Part shown: piece by piece, positions 28,764 to 37,826 of the stretch
Position numbering within the stretch: the first letter of the stretch is position 1
Layout: each line of letters starts with the position of its first letter
Origin: an uncultured Thermoleophilia bacterium
GTDB taxonomy: Bacteria > Actinomycetota > Thermoleophilia > Gaiellales > Gaiellaceae
DNA: 64,000 nucleotides
Assembly: GCA_963782615.1 (NCBI GenBank)
Contig: CAWAKM010000007.1
Coordinates: 1,432-65,431 of the forward strand
Direction of reading: 5' to 3'
Notes under the pieces: model-generated
What the model was told of the DNA's origin: nothing
The model's database searches: none
The model's input: the letters and a program-made list of their open reading frames with translations, nothing else
Program-made: the position numbers and the translations under genes

Positions 28764-28797
28764 TATCGATTATCAATATCCGTATTGTTTATCGATA
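28764..28797. promoter_or_regulatory. Imperfect 15-4-15 inverted repeat (putative XRE operator), with TTGACA at 28748
   Basis: TATCGATTATCAATA / TATTGTTTATCGATA, 13/15 complementary, AT-rich. Confidence 0.55.
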
Positions 28798-28811
28798 CGT
28801 TAGGAGTAGCC

Positions 28812-29411
28812 GTGGAAAATGGATCGTTCGACAGGTGGTTGCAGCGGTTGCGAGTGACCGCGACGATCGTCTACATCGTCGCGCTCTGCCTCGCCGTCGC
28901 AGTGCTGGTCATCGCCGTCATCCCCCACTCGCCAGTCACCACCACGTTGCCCGCCAAGGACGTGGCCGGGCTCGACCAAGTCAGCGGCTTGGCCTCCGGG
29001 ATCACCGTCGACCCTGCGGGCACGATCGCCGTCGAGATCGCCGAGCCGTCGACCGCGCAGCGGTTGCTGTACCTCGTCGTCGTGCTGCCCGGACTTGCCC
29101 TCGTCGCACTGATCGCCCGGCGGATGGCCAAGCTGCTTGGTGACGCGCTCGCGAGCGACCCGTTCACCGTCCAGACCGTCCGAGCGCTCACTGCCCTGGC
29201 CAAGGTCACCGCGATCGGCGGAATCGGCGTGTGGGCGATGAGCTACCTGGCTACCTGGGTGCTCTCGGCAACCGTCCTCGACACGGCCGGCGTCACTCGG
29301 CCACACGAGGCCCCGCTCGGCTGGCTCGCCGTTGCGCTCATCCTCGCCGCGTTCGGCCAACTCCTCGCCCGCGGAGTCGCCATGAGAGCTGAACTCGACA
29401 CGGTCATCTAG
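28812..29411 (+). CDS. DUF2975-like membrane protein
   Basis: Four TMs, DPFTVQTVRALTALA, GVAMRAELDTVI; AGGAG RBS before GTG at 28812. Confidence 0.8.
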   Translation: MENGSFDRWLQRLRVTATIVYIVALCLAVAVLVIAVIPHSPVTTTLPAKDVAGLDQVSGLASGITVDPAGTIAVEIAEPSTAQRLLYLVVVLPGLALVALIARRMAKLLGDALASDPFTVQTVRALTALAKVTAIGGIGVWAMSYLATWVLSATVLDTAGVTRPHEAPLGWLAVALILAAFGQLLARGVAMRAELDTVI

Positions 29412-29674
29412 TGACCGAACCTGCCGACCACGGCATCGAAGTGCACCTCGACAAGCTCCTCGCAGAGCGAGGCATCACCCTGGTCGAGCTCTCCACCCAG
29501 GTCGGCGTCACCGTCGCCAACCTCTCAATCCTCAAGAACGGTCACGCCCGCGCCGTCCGCTTCAGCACCCTCACTGCCATATGTGACGCCCTCGACTGCA
29601 ACCCCGGACAACTCCTCAGCCGGGCACGTCCTCCAGACGTTGACGCTGCGTCCTCAAGCTCGCGCCCGGCTTAG
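29411..29674 (+). CDS. XRE/Cro-C1 regulator (YozG-like), usual DUF2975 partner
   Basis: HLDKLLAERGITLVELS..VGVTVANLSILKNGHARAVRFSTL..IC..LDCNPG. Confidence 0.9.
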   Translation: MTEPADHGIEVHLDKLLAERGITLVELSTQVGVTVANLSILKNGHARAVRFSTLTAICDALDCNPGQLLSRARPPDVDAASSSSRPA

Positions 29675-29926
29675 CCCGCAAATGCTCGCGCAACCAGCCG
29701 AAGGAACTCGGCTTCGCCAGCGCGCTCTCGCCTGACATCGCTCGGAGGGCCAGCCGCGCTGAGGAGCGTTTCGAGGGACACGCCGCCATCATCCTCCACG
29801 ATCCACCTCTCGGTTGGCGCAAGCATTCCGGCGGAGCGCCCATGACGGGCTTCAGCCGTAGACACAGGCCGGCAGTTAAGGGAGGATCGCCGCAATGACT
29901 ATGACCTCACCGCCGCGAGTTCTCTT

Positions 29927-30784
29927 GTGAGGTCGGCGCTTCGTGGTTTCGCACTCGTCGCGATCGCTGCGGCCATCGTGCTCACGGCCGCGGTGGCAGC
30001 CGCGTCCGGGCGAAGCGTGTCCCAGATGACGCTTTCGGTCAGCCCTGCCAAGCCTGCATTAAGCTCGATAGCGACGGTGACGATCCGAGGCATCGCCGAC
30101 GAGACGGCCATGCCGGCGGTCGTGGCCGTCTCGGGCTCCGTGTGTCCGGCTCGGGTCCCGTCGCTTTCTAATGCATTCTGGTCAGAAGATTCCAGCCTCA
30201 CGCTCGGTGCATTCACGCGCAAGGTCAGGGTGTTCATCCAAACGAAGACCATGCGGCGGTTCTGTGCGTACCTCCAGCCGGCGGTGCAGGGGGTGAACGA
30301 CGGTGACCCCCCGGAGATCTCGCCCGGCGCACCGCTCGTTCGAGCCGAGGTCGCGCTTCCTCAGGCTGCCGCTGGTCCGCTCCGCGGCGTTCCGGTGTCC
30401 GGGGTCAGCGGGGGGAACCGGGACGGCCCCGGCCCGACGCTCGTGTTAGACCGCACCGGCCGCCGGATCGTGATGGTGCGAACGACCTGCGGCGGCAGCG
30501 CCCTGCACCCTCCATCTCTCGGCAAGGAGTTCATCGGCAAGCGGTTCAGCGCGCGGGTTTCTCTGCCGCTGACGAGAACCATCCGCTGGAGCGGGTTCGT
30601 CACCCCGGACAACTCGCGCAACTACGACGCTCCGGTGCCCGTCGCGTGGACGAAGCCCACACGGTTCACGTTGAACGTGAAGGTGATCGTGAAGGATGGC
30701 CTGGCGAGGGCCCTCGTCGGCACGGGCGCACTCGCGAGCCCCGGTCTGCCGTGCCCGAAGGTTCAACGCTACGTCTTCCCCTGA
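29927..30784 (+). CDS. Hypothetical secreted protein
   Basis: Signal peptide (AAA-SG); beta-rich composition with several Cys. Confidence 0.6.
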   Translation: MRSALRGFALVAIAAAIVLTAAVAAASGRSVSQMTLSVSPAKPALSSIATVTIRGIADETAMPAVVAVSGSVCPARVPSLSNAFWSEDSSLTLGAFTRKVRVFIQTKTMRRFCAYLQPAVQGVNDGDPPEISPGAPLVRAEVALPQAAAGPLRGVPVSGVSGGNRDGPGPTLVLDRTGRRIVMVRTTCGGSALHPPSLGKEFIGKRFSARVSLPLTRTIRWSGFVTPDNSRNYDAPVPVAWTKPTRFTLNVKVIVKDGLARALVGTGALASPGLPCPKVQRYVFP

Positions 30785-30979
30785 ACCGCTACGTCGTCGG
30801 CTCTGGACTAGTTTGCGCTAACTAAGTAGTTGGTTCGGCCAGAACCAGCCGCCCCAGCATCCTCTCGCGTGACCGCTGTCGGGGTGAGAGCGATCCTCAG
30901 CGGACTATCGCAAACACTGCCGCACATCGGCTCGCCATTGGTCGGAATCGACCGTCTCAAGCCGTTCTCGGCGGAATCA

Positions 30980-31060
30980 CAGCAGGTCTTCTAAACCTGT
31001 GCGGTGTGGTAACCCCACGCTCGGTCGGTTCGACTCCGGCGCCGCTCCGTCAAGCCGTTT
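30980..31060 (+). repeat. attR-like 3' copy of selC (loop CTTCTAA instead of CTTCAAA)
   Basis: Matches 24135-24215 except one base; lacks the 5' acceptor strand and D-arm. Confidence 0.9.
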
Positions 31061-31256
31061 CGGCGTCCCGAAAGGGCTTGCGACGGTTGCGGCCGTCGCG
31101 TCGATACAAGCCCTATCGCCGCCTGAGGCCGCTCAAGACCGCCTGGGGCCCGCGTGGACTTGCGAGCTGCGTGATCGAAACCGTGTGACCCCGTGGCGCG
31201 GATGTTCGTCGCACTCGCCTTTCGCCCATGGCCACGTCACAATCCGTGCGAGCGGC

Positions 31257-34067
31257 ATGGTGGAGACAGTCATCGGGCGGGACATGGAGCTTAGCTCGAT
31301 CGAGGGTTTCCTCGATCGAATCCGGGGCGGCCCAAGCGCGCTCGTGCTCTCGGGCGAGCCGGGCATCGGGAAGACGGCATTGTGGGAGGTTGGCGTCGAG
31401 GCAGCCCGGGAGCGTCACGACCGAGTGCTGACGTGCCACGGCGTCGAGGCCGAGGCGTCACTCGCGTTCGCCGGGCTCTCGGAGCTGCTCGCCCGAGTGC
31501 TCGACGAGGCCACACCGTCGCTCGCGCCACCACGGCGGCGGGCCCTCGAGGTCGCGCTGCTCCTCGTCGAGCCGAGCGGGCGCCCTCCTGACCACCACGC
31601 CATCGGGCTGGCCGTGCTCGACGTCCTGCACGCGCTGGCCGAGCACGGGACGGTTCTCATTGCGCTCGACGATGTGCAGTGGCTGGACGCGGCCTCCGCT
31701 GGCGTGCTTCAGATCGCCTTCCGCCGGCTGCGCGAGGAGCCGGTCGGGCTCCTGGCGACGCTGCGCCAGGCACCGGAGGTCGACGATCCGTTCGACCTCG
31801 ACCGTTCGTTCCCCGAGGAGCATCTCGAGCGGCTCTCGATCGGCCCGCTCACGTCCGGGGCTCTCCACCGGCTGCTCGCGGAGCGCCTCGGGCTCGAGCT
31901 GACCCGGCCGGAGCTGGCGCGCGTGCAGGAAGCGACGGCGGGAAACCCATTCTTCGCGCTCGAGCTCGGCCGCGAGCTCGTCCGCACCGGGTCGCGGCCG
32001 ACACCGGGCCAGCCGTTGCGCGTTCCCGACAGCCTCCGGGAGCTGCTCGGTGGCCGCCTCGCACGCCTGCCCGGAGAGACACTCGATGTCCTGTTGCAGG
32101 TCGCCGCGCTCGCACGGCCGACGGTCGAGGTGGTCGCGGCCGCGCACGGCGAGCGGGACCCCGTCCTCCGCGGGCTCGAGGCGGCGGTCGACGAGGGGGT
32201 CGTCGAGCTCGACGACACACGCATCCGCTTCACGCACCCGCTGTTGGCGTCGATCTGCTACGAGAAGGCGCCGGTATGGAAGCGCCGCGCCGTGCACCGG
32301 GCGCTCGCCGGAGCGGTCTCCGACATCGAGGAGCGCGCCCGCCACCTCGCACTCGCCGCAGACGGACCTGACGCAGCGGTCGCAGCGGAGCTCGACGCTG
32401 CGGCAGGCCGGGCGGCGATTCGCGGCGCTACCGGTGTCGCAGCCGAGCTCTGCGAGCTCGCGGCCGAGCTGACCCCGAGCAATCCGCCCCGGCAACGAGA
32501 ACGGCTCCTCCAGGCTGCCGCCTTCCACCGTCTCGCCGGCAACACAGAGCAGGCGGCAGCACTCCTCGAGCAGCTCCTGACGGAGGTCCCATCCGGTGTC
32601 GAACGAGCCGACATCCTCCTCGCGCTCGGCTGGACGTTCCTCACCAGGCTTCCGACGATGAAGGAACATTTCGACGACGCACTCCTCAATGCGACCGGCG
32701 ACGACGCCCGCTTGGCACGGATTCTGTCGCTGCGAAGCATGTTCCACCTGATGTCGCTCGACGTGCCGGCGGCCCTCGCGGACGCCAGAGCAGCGCTGGA
32801 GCGGGCCGAGCGGGTGGGCGACCCGGTCCTGATTGCCACTGCGATCGCGCGGGTCGGGCACGTGGAGTCGTGGGGTGCCGAGATAACACCCGGCCTGCTC
32901 GAGCGTGGTGTGCAGATCGAGCAGCAACTCACTGTGGAGCTCGACTTCATCGAGAGCCCGAGCATCCACCTCGGCAGGCAGCTGATGCGCCGCGGCGAGA
33001 TCGACCGGCCCCGTACGATCTTCGTGGAGCTGGAGGCGAAGGCGGTGGCCCGCGGGGACGAGGTGACACGGACCCTGATGCTCTGGTACCTGTCGCTGGT
33101 GGAGTGGTGCGCCGGGCGCTGGCAGCGCGCCCTCGAGCTCGTCCAGACCGCGCACGAGCTCGGTGAGCAGACACAGCTCGCAGGCAGCTACGGCCATGAC
33201 GCTCGCTTCGGCGGGCTGATTCGCGCAGATCTCGGTCTCGTCGCGGAGGCGCGTGCCTCTGCTGAGCGCGCGGTCGAGCATGCGCGGCTGAACGGGGACG
33301 AGTACTTCGTGATCCCGTCCCTCGGCGTGCTTGGGCGGCTCGAGCTCGCACTTGGCAACCTCGAAGCGGCGGCCCGCCATCTGCGCGACCTGCCCGAGCG
33401 TCTGCTTGCAGGGGGCATCAACGACCCCGGGCAACCCCTCTGGGGAGACGCGATCGAGACGCTCATCGCCGTGGGCGAGCTCGACCGTGCTCGTACCTAC
33501 CTCGAGCAGTTCAGCGTGCACGCCAAGAACGTCGGAAATCTGTACGCCGTGGCGGGAGCCGCGCGCTGTCGCGGGCTACTCGCAGCCGCGGAGGGCGACC
33601 TGGCCGGAGCGATCGCAGAGCTCGAAGGGGCGGTCGACGTACTGGCCGACGGCGGCTTTCCGGTCGAGCGCGGCCGCGCGCTGCTCTGCCTCGGGATGGT
33701 GCGAAGGCAGGCACAGCAGAAGCGCGCCGCCCGCGAGGCGCTCGAGCAGGCGCTCGTGGTCTTCGACGAGCTCGGTGCCCGTCTGTGGGCCGATAAGGCC
33801 CGCGCGGAGCTCAAGCGGATCGGCGGGCGGCGGCCCGCCCCCGACGGGCTGACCGACACGGAGGAGCGCATCTCGAGGATGGCGGCCGACGGCAGTTCCA
33901 ACAAAGAGATCGCCTCGGCGCTCTTCATGAGCGTGCGCACCGTCGAGGCTCACCTTACGAGCGTCTACCGCAAGCTCGACATCCGCTCCCGCAGCGGGCT
34001 CGCCAACCGGCTTGAACCGGTTGCGGCTGAGGCCGGCAAACCTGCGGTCGACGCGGGCGAAACCTAG
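31257..34067 (+). CDS. Large AAA-ATPase / TPR / LuxR-HTH regulator (LAL/MalT-like)
   Basis: VIGRDMEL, GEPGIGKT, IALDDVQWLD, GNPFFALEL, C-terminal LTDTEERI...SNKEIA..LFMSVRTVEAHL. Confidence 0.92.
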   Translation: MVETVIGRDMELSSIEGFLDRIRGGPSALVLSGEPGIGKTALWEVGVEAARERHDRVLTCHGVEAEASLAFAGLSELLARVLDEATPSLAPPRRRALEVALLLVEPSGRPPDHHAIGLAVLDVLHALAEHGTVLIALDDVQWLDAASAGVLQIAFRRLREEPVGLLATLRQAPEVDDPFDLDRSFPEEHLERLSIGPLTSGALHRLLAERLGLELTRPELARVQEATAGNPFFALELGRELVRTGSRPTPGQPLRVPDSLRELLGGRLARLPGETLDVLLQVAALARPTVEVVAAAHGERDPVLRGLEAAVDEGVVELDDTRIRFTHPLLASICYEKAPVWKRRAVHRALAGAVSDIEERARHLALAADGPDAAVAAELDAAAGRAAIRGATGVAAELCELAAELTPSNPPRQRERLLQAAAFHRLAGNTEQAAALLEQLLTEVPSGVERADILLALGWTFLTRLPTMKEHFDDALLNATGDDARLARILSLRSMFHLMSLDVPAALADARAALERAERVGDPVLIATAIARVGHVESWGAEITPGLLERGVQIEQQLTVELDFIESPSIHLGRQLMRRGEIDRPRTIFVELEAKAVARGDEVTRTLMLWYLSLVEWCAGRWQRALELVQTAHELGEQTQLAGSYGHDARFGGLIRADLGLVAEARASAERAVEHARLNGDEYFVIPSLGVLGRLELALGNLEAAARHLRDLPERLLAGGINDPGQPLWGDAIETLIAVGELDRARTYLEQFSVHAKNVGNLYAVAGAARCRGLLAAAEGDLAGAIAELEGAVDVLADGGFPVERGRALLCLGMVRRQAQQKRAAREALEQALVVFDELGARLWADKARAELKRIGGRRPAPDGLTDTEERISRMAADGSSNKEIASALFMSVRTVEAHLTSVYRKLDIRSRSGLANRLEPVAAEAGKPAVDAGET

Positions 34068-34114
34068 AGCTTCCACGGTTACGCTCAGCGGCGTCCCGCC
34101 GTAGCCTCAGCTCC

Positions 34115-34336
34115 ATGGTCTTCGTCGTCGAGCGGTACCTCCCGGGAGCCTCCTACAGCGAGCTTCGTCGCTCCCTCGAGCGGCTGCGCCGACAAGGCGG
34201 ACTGCGGGTGCCCTACCTCGACTCGACCACGTCACTGGCGACGAGGCCTGCCACCGACGGCTCCAAGCGCCCGCCAAGACGGCTGTCGCCGAAGCGAAGG
34301 GCGGGCCTGCCGTTCAACTGGGTCGTTCCCGCGTGA
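34115..34336 (+). pseudogene. Degenerate DUF4242-like small protein
   Basis: FVVERYLPG start and RAGLPF..VVPA end; the central GDEAC motif is in another frame (two compensating shifts). Confidence 0.5.
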
Positions 34337-34361
34337 TTGTCACGCCGAAAGGAGAGGTTCC

Positions 34362-34796
34362 ATGAGCGCTTCCACTACTGCCCCCGCGACCATCCAACTC
34401 CGGCGAGGTCACCTGTTCGTGCTGATCGCCGCCGTTACCGCGCTGACGGCCGCCGCCACGCTGGCAGTGTCAACACTCGCCTTCGACTCGAACGCGATCC
34501 GAACGGGCGAGGCGGCGCAGGCACCCGTGCAGACCCTGTTGCTGCCGTCGAGCCGGTACCTCGCCCGCATCGTCGTCAGGCCGGCGGAGGCACCCGTGCA
34601 GACGCTGTTGCTGCCGTCGAGCCGGTACCTCGCCCGCATCGTCGTCAGGCCGGCGGAGGCACCCGTGCAGACGCTGTTGCTGCCGTCGAGCCGGTACCTC
34701 GCCCGCATCGTCGTCAGGCCGGCGGAGGCACCCGTGCAGACCCTGTTGCTGCCGTCGAGCCGGTACCTCGCCCGCATCGTCGTCAGGCCGGCGTGA
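34362..34796 (+). CDS. Signal/TM-leader protein with four tandem 23-aa repeats
   Basis: RBS GAAAGGAGAGG; hydrophobic N-terminus; (APVQTLLLPSSRYLARIVVRPAE)x4. Confidence 0.7.
   Translation: MSASTTAPATIQLRRGHLFVLIAAVTALTAAATLAVSTLAFDSNAIRTGEAAQAPVQTLLLPSSRYLARIVVRPAEAPVQTLLLPSSRYLARIVVRPAEAPVQTLLLPSSRYLARIVVRPAEAPVQTLLLPSSRYLARIVVRPA
34521..34792 (+). repeat. Tandem 69-bp repeat x4
   Basis: Units start at 34521, 34590, 34659, 34728 (last truncated by the stop); one synonymous C/G difference. Confidence 0.95.
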
Positions 34797-34811
34797 GAGC
34801 GGGTCGATCGG

Positions 34812-34847
34812 GCCTGGAGAGGGGAGCAGGCCCTCCCCTCTCCAGGC
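34812..34847 (+). terminator. 14-bp perfect hairpin after the repeat gene
   Basis: GCCTGGAGAGGGGA / TCCCCTCTCCAGGC; no U-tract. Confidence 0.6.
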
Positions 34848-34866
34848 GCCGGCGGCGAACAATGAG

Positions 34867-34895
34867 TTGACGCCGACCGTGCCAAATCTCACAAT
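34867..34895 (+). promoter_or_regulatory. Putative sigma-70 promoter for the PEP-enzyme pair
   Basis: TTGACG-N17-CACAAT, then AGGAGGAGG RBS before ATG 34918. Confidence 0.5.
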
Positions 34896-34917
34896 CACCC
34901 AGGAGGAGGCGAGAGCG

Positions 34918-36771
34918 ATGACAATCGCTGATGAGCAGGCCAGCGCGGCACGATCAGGCTTCCCGAGCCCGTTCGAGGTGCCAATCCCTCCGGAGTGCGA
35001 GGGGTGGGAGGAGCTGTACACCCCCTTTAGCGTGTTCAGCGAGGACCGTCGCGCGTTTGACGAGAGCCGGTGTTGGTTCCAGCTTTCCTCGCACTACGCG
35101 GAGCCTTTCTGTCCGTTCGACGCGATCTTCTTCGAGTACGCAACGGCCGCCCTGAGCCAGTCGAGCACTCGTATCTTCGTCGTGCCGCCGTCGCTCGGTT
35201 TCGAGCTGCGGGTCCTCAACGGGTTCGTCTATCTCAGCCCCAACTCGGTCACCGACGAATTGGCGCTTGCGCACCGCGCTGAGCTGTTCGCCGCCCGCGG
35301 CGGTTTCTACTACGAGCACTGGGAGGAGCTGCTGGTCGAGTGGCAGCGTCGGGTCTTGGAGGCGATCGAGGAGCTCGGGGCGCTCGAGGTGCCGGCGCTT
35401 CCCGACCTGGAGGACGAGGCGATGGTGACCGAGGGCAGGGGCCTCGGCTCGAGCCACGCCCTCCTCCATGCCTATGACCGTCTCCTCGAAGGGTTCGACC
35501 GCATCTGCCACTACCACATGCAGTTCCAGATCCTCGCCCATGGCGCCTACATGGTCTTCTACGGCTTCTGCTGGGAGGCTTTTCCCGGGATCTCCGATCA
35601 GGCCGTCGCGAAGATGGTCTCCGGGGTCGACACCGTGATCTTGCGCCCCGACGACGAGTTGCGCCGCCTCGCGCGCCGTGCTGTCGAGCTGAGGGTGGCC
35701 GAGCGCGTGATCGGCGTGGGTAACGAGGACGAGCTGCGCGCGGCCCTCGGGACGGATGCGGCGGGGAGGCTTTGGCTGGCCGACTTCGACGAGACGAAGG
35801 ACCCCTGGTTCCACTTCTCGTATGGGAACGGGTGCTACCACCATCACCGCTCCTGGAGCGACGACACGCGGTTCCCGATCACGACGATCGCCTCGTACGT
35901 CGGGCGGCTCGAAGCGGGCGAGGACATCGCGAGGCCACAGGCCGCGATCGCCGCCGAGCGCGAACGGATCACCGAGGAGTACCGGGCGCTGCTCCCGAGC
36001 GAGCTGCAGCAGGCCTTCGACGAGCACCTCACGCTCTGTCGTACGGTCTTCCCGCACGTCGAGAGCCACGGCTTCTACGTCGACCACTGGTATCACACGC
36101 TGTTCTGGAACAAGGTGCGCGAGTTCGGCACGCTGCTCGAGCGGCACGGGTTCCTGGCCGACGCGGAGGACGTCTTCTTCCTCCAGCACGGCGAGGTGCG
36201 GACGGCGCTCGAGGAGCTCCGGGTCAACTGGAGCAGCGGGGGAGCCGGGCAGCCGCGGGGCCCGCGCTATTGGCCGCGGATCGTGGAGCGGCGCACGGCG
36301 ATCTACGAGGCGATGCGCGAGTGGACACCCCCACCCGCCCTCGGCACGGTCCCGGAGGCGATCACTGATCCGGTCACGATCATGCTGTTCGGGATCTCGA
36401 CAGAGCACCTCCAGAAGTGGCTTGGCTCGGACGATGCGGACGAGCACGTGCTGTCCGGGTTCGCCGGCTCTCCCGGTGTGGCCGAGGGTACCGCGCGGGT
36501 CGTCCTCACCCCTGACCGGCTCGGGGAGCTCGAGAAGGGGGAGATCCTCGTCGCGCCGTTCACGACGCCGAGCTGGGCGCCGGTGTTCGGCACGATCGCC
36601 GGTGCGGTCCTCGACGCGGGCGGGATCATGTCGCACGCGGCGATCGTGGCGCGCGAGTATGGCCTACCGGCGGTGATCGGGACCGGATCCGCGACGAAAC
36701 GGATCACGACGGGCGACCGCGTCCGCGTCGACGGCGGCGTGGGCGTCGTCACCATCCTCGAGAACACGTGA
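34918..36771 (+). CDS. PEP-utilising enzyme: substrate-binding region plus phospho-His swivel domain
   Basis: GFAGSPGVAEG, GEILVAPFTTPSW, GGIMSHAAIVAREYGLPAVIG, VRVDG..G.V. Confidence 0.88.
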   Translation: MTIADEQASAARSGFPSPFEVPIPPECEGWEELYTPFSVFSEDRRAFDESRCWFQLSSHYAEPFCPFDAIFFEYATAALSQSSTRIFVVPPSLGFELRVLNGFVYLSPNSVTDELALAHRAELFAARGGFYYEHWEELLVEWQRRVLEAIEELGALEVPALPDLEDEAMVTEGRGLGSSHALLHAYDRLLEGFDRICHYHMQFQILAHGAYMVFYGFCWEAFPGISDQAVAKMVSGVDTVILRPDDELRRLARRAVELRVAERVIGVGNEDELRAALGTDAAGRLWLADFDETKDPWFHFSYGNGCYHHHRSWSDDTRFPITTIASYVGRLEAGEDIARPQAAIAAERERITEEYRALLPSELQQAFDEHLTLCRTVFPHVESHGFYVDHWYHTLFWNKVREFGTLLERHGFLADAEDVFFLQHGEVRTALEELRVNWSSGGAGQPRGPRYWPRIVERRTAIYEAMREWTPPPALGTVPEAITDPVTIMLFGISTEHLQKWLGSDDADEHVLSGFAGSPGVAEGTARVVLTPDRLGELEKGEILVAPFTTPSWAPVFGTIAGAVLDAGGIMSHAAIVAREYGLPAVIGTGSATKRITTGDRVRVDGGVGVVTILENT

Positions 36772-37808
36772 GCTACGTCTTCCCTCTCGATGGCCGCGAG
36801 CCGCACCTGGCGGAGATCGTCGGCGGCAAGGCGGTCGGTCTGGGCTCGCTCCTGCGCGAGGGGCTGAGGGTGCCACCGGGGTTCGCCCTCGGCACGCACG
36901 CTTACCGCGAGATCGTAGGCGCGACCGGCCTGGACGCGGAGATCAGAGCCTTGTTGCAGGAGGCAGAGTCGCTCGAGGCTCGGGCAGAAGCCTCGGCACG
37001 GATCGGCCGGCTGTTCGAGGAACGCGAGCTGGCAGGCGCGCTGCGAGACGAGCTGGGGAGCGCCTACTCCGGGCTTGGTGACGATCTCCCCGTCGCCGTG
37101 CGATCGAGCGGGATCTCCGAGGACGCGGCCGAGGCATCGTTCGCGGGCGAGCACGAGACGTTCCTCTGGGTGGTCGGTGCCGACGCGGTCGCGCGCGCAG
37201 TGCTGAGCTGCTGGGCCAGCCTGTTCACCCCGCAGGCGCTTGCCTACTTCGGCCGCGTCGGGCTGCGCGCAGACGAGACCGCGATGGGCGTTGTGGTGCA
37301 GGCGATGGTCGACGCTGAGGCGGCGGGCGTCATGATCACCATCGACCCGGTCACGGGCGACCGGTCGCAGATCGCGATCGAAGGGTCGTTCGGCCTGGGT
37401 CAGGCGGTCGTCGCCGGAGAGGTGACGCCTGACCGCTACTACGTCGACAAGGTGACGCTCGAGATCCGCTCGCGGGTGGTCTCGGCAAAGCACTTCGCGT
37501 ACCGGTTCGATCCCGACTCGGGCGGAGTGGCCGCGTTGGAGGTGCCGCCCGAAGAGCAGGAGCTGCCCTGCCTGTCGGACGACGAGGTCGTCGCTGTCGC
37601 CGCGCTCGGGAAGCGCGTGGAACGGGCACTCGGCGCCCCGCAAGACATCGAGTGGGCAATCGGGCCCGGCTGCTCGCAATCTCGGGAGCTGTTCCTTCTC
37701 CAGGCCCGGCCCGAGACCGTCTGGAGTCACAGGCCAAGGGCAGTGGCTGCCACGGGCGGATCCGCGACGCTAGGGCGGATCGAGCACGGGATGATGAGGC
37801 GGGCCTGA
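36768..37808 (+). CDS. PEP synthase/PPDK N-terminal ATP-grasp subunit
   Basis: VGGKAVGLG, VPPGF, VAVRSS..SED...SFAGEH, VVVQAMV, VVAGEVTPD, PQDIEWA; overlaps the upstream stop. Confidence 0.9.
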   Translation: MSYVFPLDGREPHLAEIVGGKAVGLGSLLREGLRVPPGFALGTHAYREIVGATGLDAEIRALLQEAESLEARAEASARIGRLFEERELAGALRDELGSAYSGLGDDLPVAVRSSGISEDAAEASFAGEHETFLWVVGADAVARAVLSCWASLFTPQALAYFGRVGLRADETAMGVVVQAMVDAEAAGVMITIDPVTGDRSQIAIEGSFGLGQAVVAGEVTPDRYYVDKVTLEIRSRVVSAKHFAYRFDPDSGGVAALEVPPEEQELPCLSDDEVVAVAALGKRVERALGAPQDIEWAIGPGCSQSRELFLLQARPETVWSHRPRAVAATGGSATLGRIEHGMMRRA

Positions 37809-37826
37809 CTGAGATCCACGGCCAGT

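Larger units (their letters stand above)
24205..31060. mobile_element. Genomic island A at selC (no integrase seen)
   Basis: Bounded by selC and an 81-bp direct repeat of its 3' part (24135-24215 = 30980-31060, 1 mismatch). Confidence 0.75.

Noticed and set aside
34521-34792. 69-bp repeats as a CRISPR array
   Set aside because: Units are contiguous with no unique spacers, the length is a multiple of 3 within an ORF, and no cas genes are present
34918-37808. PEP-enzyme pair as a substitute for selD
   Set aside because: selD is merely absent from this window; SelD has an unrelated PurM-like fold, and nothing links these genes to selenium
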